DNA of 64,000 nucleotides from Candidatus Babeliales bacterium (GTDB lineage Bacteria; Babelota; Babeliae; Babelales; RVW-14): NCBI GenBank assembly GCA_041671765.1, contig JBAZAX010000007.1, positions 68 to 64,067 of the forward strand, read 5' to 3'. Shown piece by piece: positions 62,373 to 64,000 of this stretch (position 1 is its first letter; each line of letters starts with the position of its first letter). The notes under the pieces were generated by a model. It saw only the letters and a program-made list of their open reading frames with translations, ran no database searches and was not told where the DNA came from. The position numbers and the translations under genes were made by a program.

Positions 62373-62810
62373 ATGAAGCTTCGCATTATCCTTTTTGTGT
62401 TAATGACATCTATGATTGGAGTATCGTTTGCAGCAAAGCCTTACAAATCTCGCGCGCCTGAGCGTTATGAATTGCAACAGCATGAATTGCAACAACTTTT
62501 GGATGCACCAGCTAAGCTTCAAGCCAAGCCTGTTTTATTCTATGATCTGGCTAAATTTTTAAAAAATGTTTTGGCGTTTTCAGATATACAGAAAATATCG
62601 AATGACGCAATACGCCTTAAAGCTTTAAAAGAACTAAATACCAAAAAAATTCCTGCTGTGTTTGCTTCAATTGCAAATCGGTTGGGAGCTTGTGCTGTAA
62701 TTCCGTATGACAATTATCTCAATGAGTATCGTGCATACATTGCACCTGGGTATGACATAACTCAAGAAGCTATTGATCAGTTAAATAGAGAATATCTGGC
62801 TAGAAAATAA
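62373..62810 (+). CDS. hypothetical secreted protein
   Basis: Leader MKLRIILFVLMTSMIGVSFA. GGGGGTTATATCATG initiation region, like the CaaX genes. Confidence 0.5.
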   Translation: MKLRIILFVLMTSMIGVSFAAKPYKSRAPERYELQQHELQQLLDAPAKLQAKPVLFYDLAKFLKNVLAFSDIQKISNDAIRLKALKELNTKKIPAVFASIANRLGACAVIPYDNYLNEYRAYIAPGYDITQEAIDQLNREYLARK

Positions 62811-62872
62811 ATTTTAAGAGGGGCACTTTTATGAAAGAAATAAAAGGCTGTCTCTAGATATCGAATGGTTTT

Positions 62873-63697
62873 ATGTGTGGAGGTTTTTGTAAGATCATGA
62901 ATGATGCTGTTAATAATGCGAATAAAAATCCTGTTGCTGATGTAATCATCAATGGCGCCAAAAGAATCAGAAATATTTATAGCCCGATTTCAGACAAACC
63001 ATTTAAAATCAGTCGAAGTAAACTCGATCTGTTTTTAGAATGTCCTTGCTGCTTTTACATTGACCGTAAACTTGGTGTTAAGCGCCCCGATACCCCTCCA
63101 TACTCTCTTAATATTGCTGTCGATGAACTTTTGAAAAAAGAATTTGATGCTTGTCGCAAAACACAAACCCCACATCCAATTTTTCTTGACCACAATCTTG
63201 GTTTTATTCCATTTGAACATCCTGATATTGATAAATGGCGTGATTCACTTCATCACGGGGTTCAGTATGCAGTGCCAAATACCAATCTTATGATTACGGG
63301 TGGTATTGACGATGTTTGTATTAACCCCAAAACGCAAGAACTTATTGTTGTTGATTACAAGGCAACTTCTAAGAAAGGCCCAATAACGCTTGATGAAGAC
63401 TGGCAGATTGCATACAAGAGACAGATTGAAGTCTATCAATGGTTATTCCGCAAAAACGGTTTCAAGGTCTCTAAGATAGCATATTTTGTTTATTGCAACG
63501 GAAAAAAGTCTGCTGCGTCTTTTGATAAATGTTTAAATTTTGAAGTCTCACTGATTGCGTATGAGGGAGATGATTCTTGGGTGGAGCCAACTGTAATGAA
63601 ATTGTATCAGTGCCTGCAATCTGATGTGATTCCAATGCATGACAGCGAATGTGAGTATGGGCAGTATTTTTGTGCAGTAAATGGGGTATTGAAATGA
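62873..63697 (+). CDS. PD-(D/E)XK nuclease, Cas4/RecB-like with 4-Cys cluster
   Basis: SRSKLDLFLECPCCFY, GGIDDV, VVDYKATSK (D..D/ExK), QIEVYQWL (QxxxY), C-terminal C..CEYGQYFC. Alternative start ATG 62897. Confidence 0.7.
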   Translation: MCGGFCKIMNDAVNNANKNPVADVIINGAKRIRNIYSPISDKPFKISRSKLDLFLECPCCFYIDRKLGVKRPDTPPYSLNIAVDELLKKEFDACRKTQTPHPIFLDHNLGFIPFEHPDIDKWRDSLHHGVQYAVPNTNLMITGGIDDVCINPKTQELIVVDYKATSKKGPITLDEDWQIAYKRQIEVYQWLFRKNGFKVSKIAYFVYCNGKKSAASFDKCLNFEVSLIAYEGDDSWVEPTVMKLYQCLQSDVIPMHDSECEYGQYFCAVNGVLK

Positions 63698-64000
63698 ATA
63701 TGAAACAAGAAGGTAAAGATTCTAAAAAAATGAATCTTGTTAATTATATAAAATATTGTCTTGGCTATGTAAAGCTTGCGCGAGAACGTACAAGTGCAGC
63801 ACAGTATAATGAATCTTTGTCTTTACCTTCCAGTTATTTTGACTTAGCAGGACTTTTTAGTGAAGATTTAGATGAATCAAATAAATCAACAAAGTTGGTA
63901 AAACTTAAAACTTTTTATAAGTATGATCCTACAGGAGTTCCTAAAATACAACTTGTGCAGTATGAGAAAGAAAAGATTATAGCGACCAAACTTGAAGATA
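63694..64000 (+). CDS. 5' part of an uncharacterised ORF, truncated by the window end
   Basis: ATGA start/stop overlap with the nuclease gene. Open for 102 codons to the edge (MNMKQEGKDSKKMNLVNYIKYCLGYVKLARERTSAAQYNE..). Absent from the track because it is incomplete. Confidence 0.45.
   Translation, partial: MNMKQEGKDSKKMNLVNYIKYCLGYVKLARERTSAAQYNESLSLPSSYFDLAGLFSEDLDESNKSTKLVKLKTFYKYDPTGVPKIQLVQYEKEKIIATKLED

Overview
AT-rich bacterial chromosomal window (by eye about one-third GC, not computed), densely coding with standard genetic code. I support about 70 CDS, 2 tRNAs (Gln-UUG, Asp-GUC), and no rRNA or CRISPR. Diderm housekeeping genes include dnaA, rsmH, spoVG, lpxA/lpxI, pgk, uvrB, ftsW, tsaE, rsmG, upp, guaD, a solitary atpG, LolC/E, two MacAB-like efflux clusters, an ABC-2 exporter, an M3 peptidase and a type IV pilin. 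Interspersed are many lineage-orphan genes with N-terminal hydrophobic leaders and eukaryote-like features: 3 clear ankyrin-repeat proteins, 2 RING-like zinc-finger proteins and Cys/Lys-rich proteins. This profile fits a host-associated or intracellular bacterium such as an amoeba symbiont of the Dependentiae/TM6 type, but that is inference, not demonstrated. The strongest candidate for something new is four orphan leader-bearing proteins that end in eukaryotic CaaX prenylation boxes (CAIQ, CEIM, CSLQ, CSIL). Two of them sit about 165 bp downstream of the same 13-bp palindrome, TTTCAGGCTGAAA. The second theme is small non-autonomous repeats: a roughly 290-350 bp MITE-like family with about 20-bp terminal inverted repeats, and two families of GC-rich mini-elements that nest inside each other. 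One GC-rich copy lies in frame inside the 5' end of a VanX/DdpX-like gene. Downstream of tRNA-Asp is a decayed integrated island with a serine-recombinase pseudogene, a DinJ-like antitoxin with a toxin stub, an AlbA_2/HATPase protein and a DUF4160/DUF2442 pair. A PD-(D/E)XK nuclease follows, translationally coupled to an ORF cut by the window end. Non-ATG starts are rendered as M in the ORF track, and several starts were moved to internal ATGs with better SD or leader context. Hand-derived coordinates may be off by 1-2 nt.
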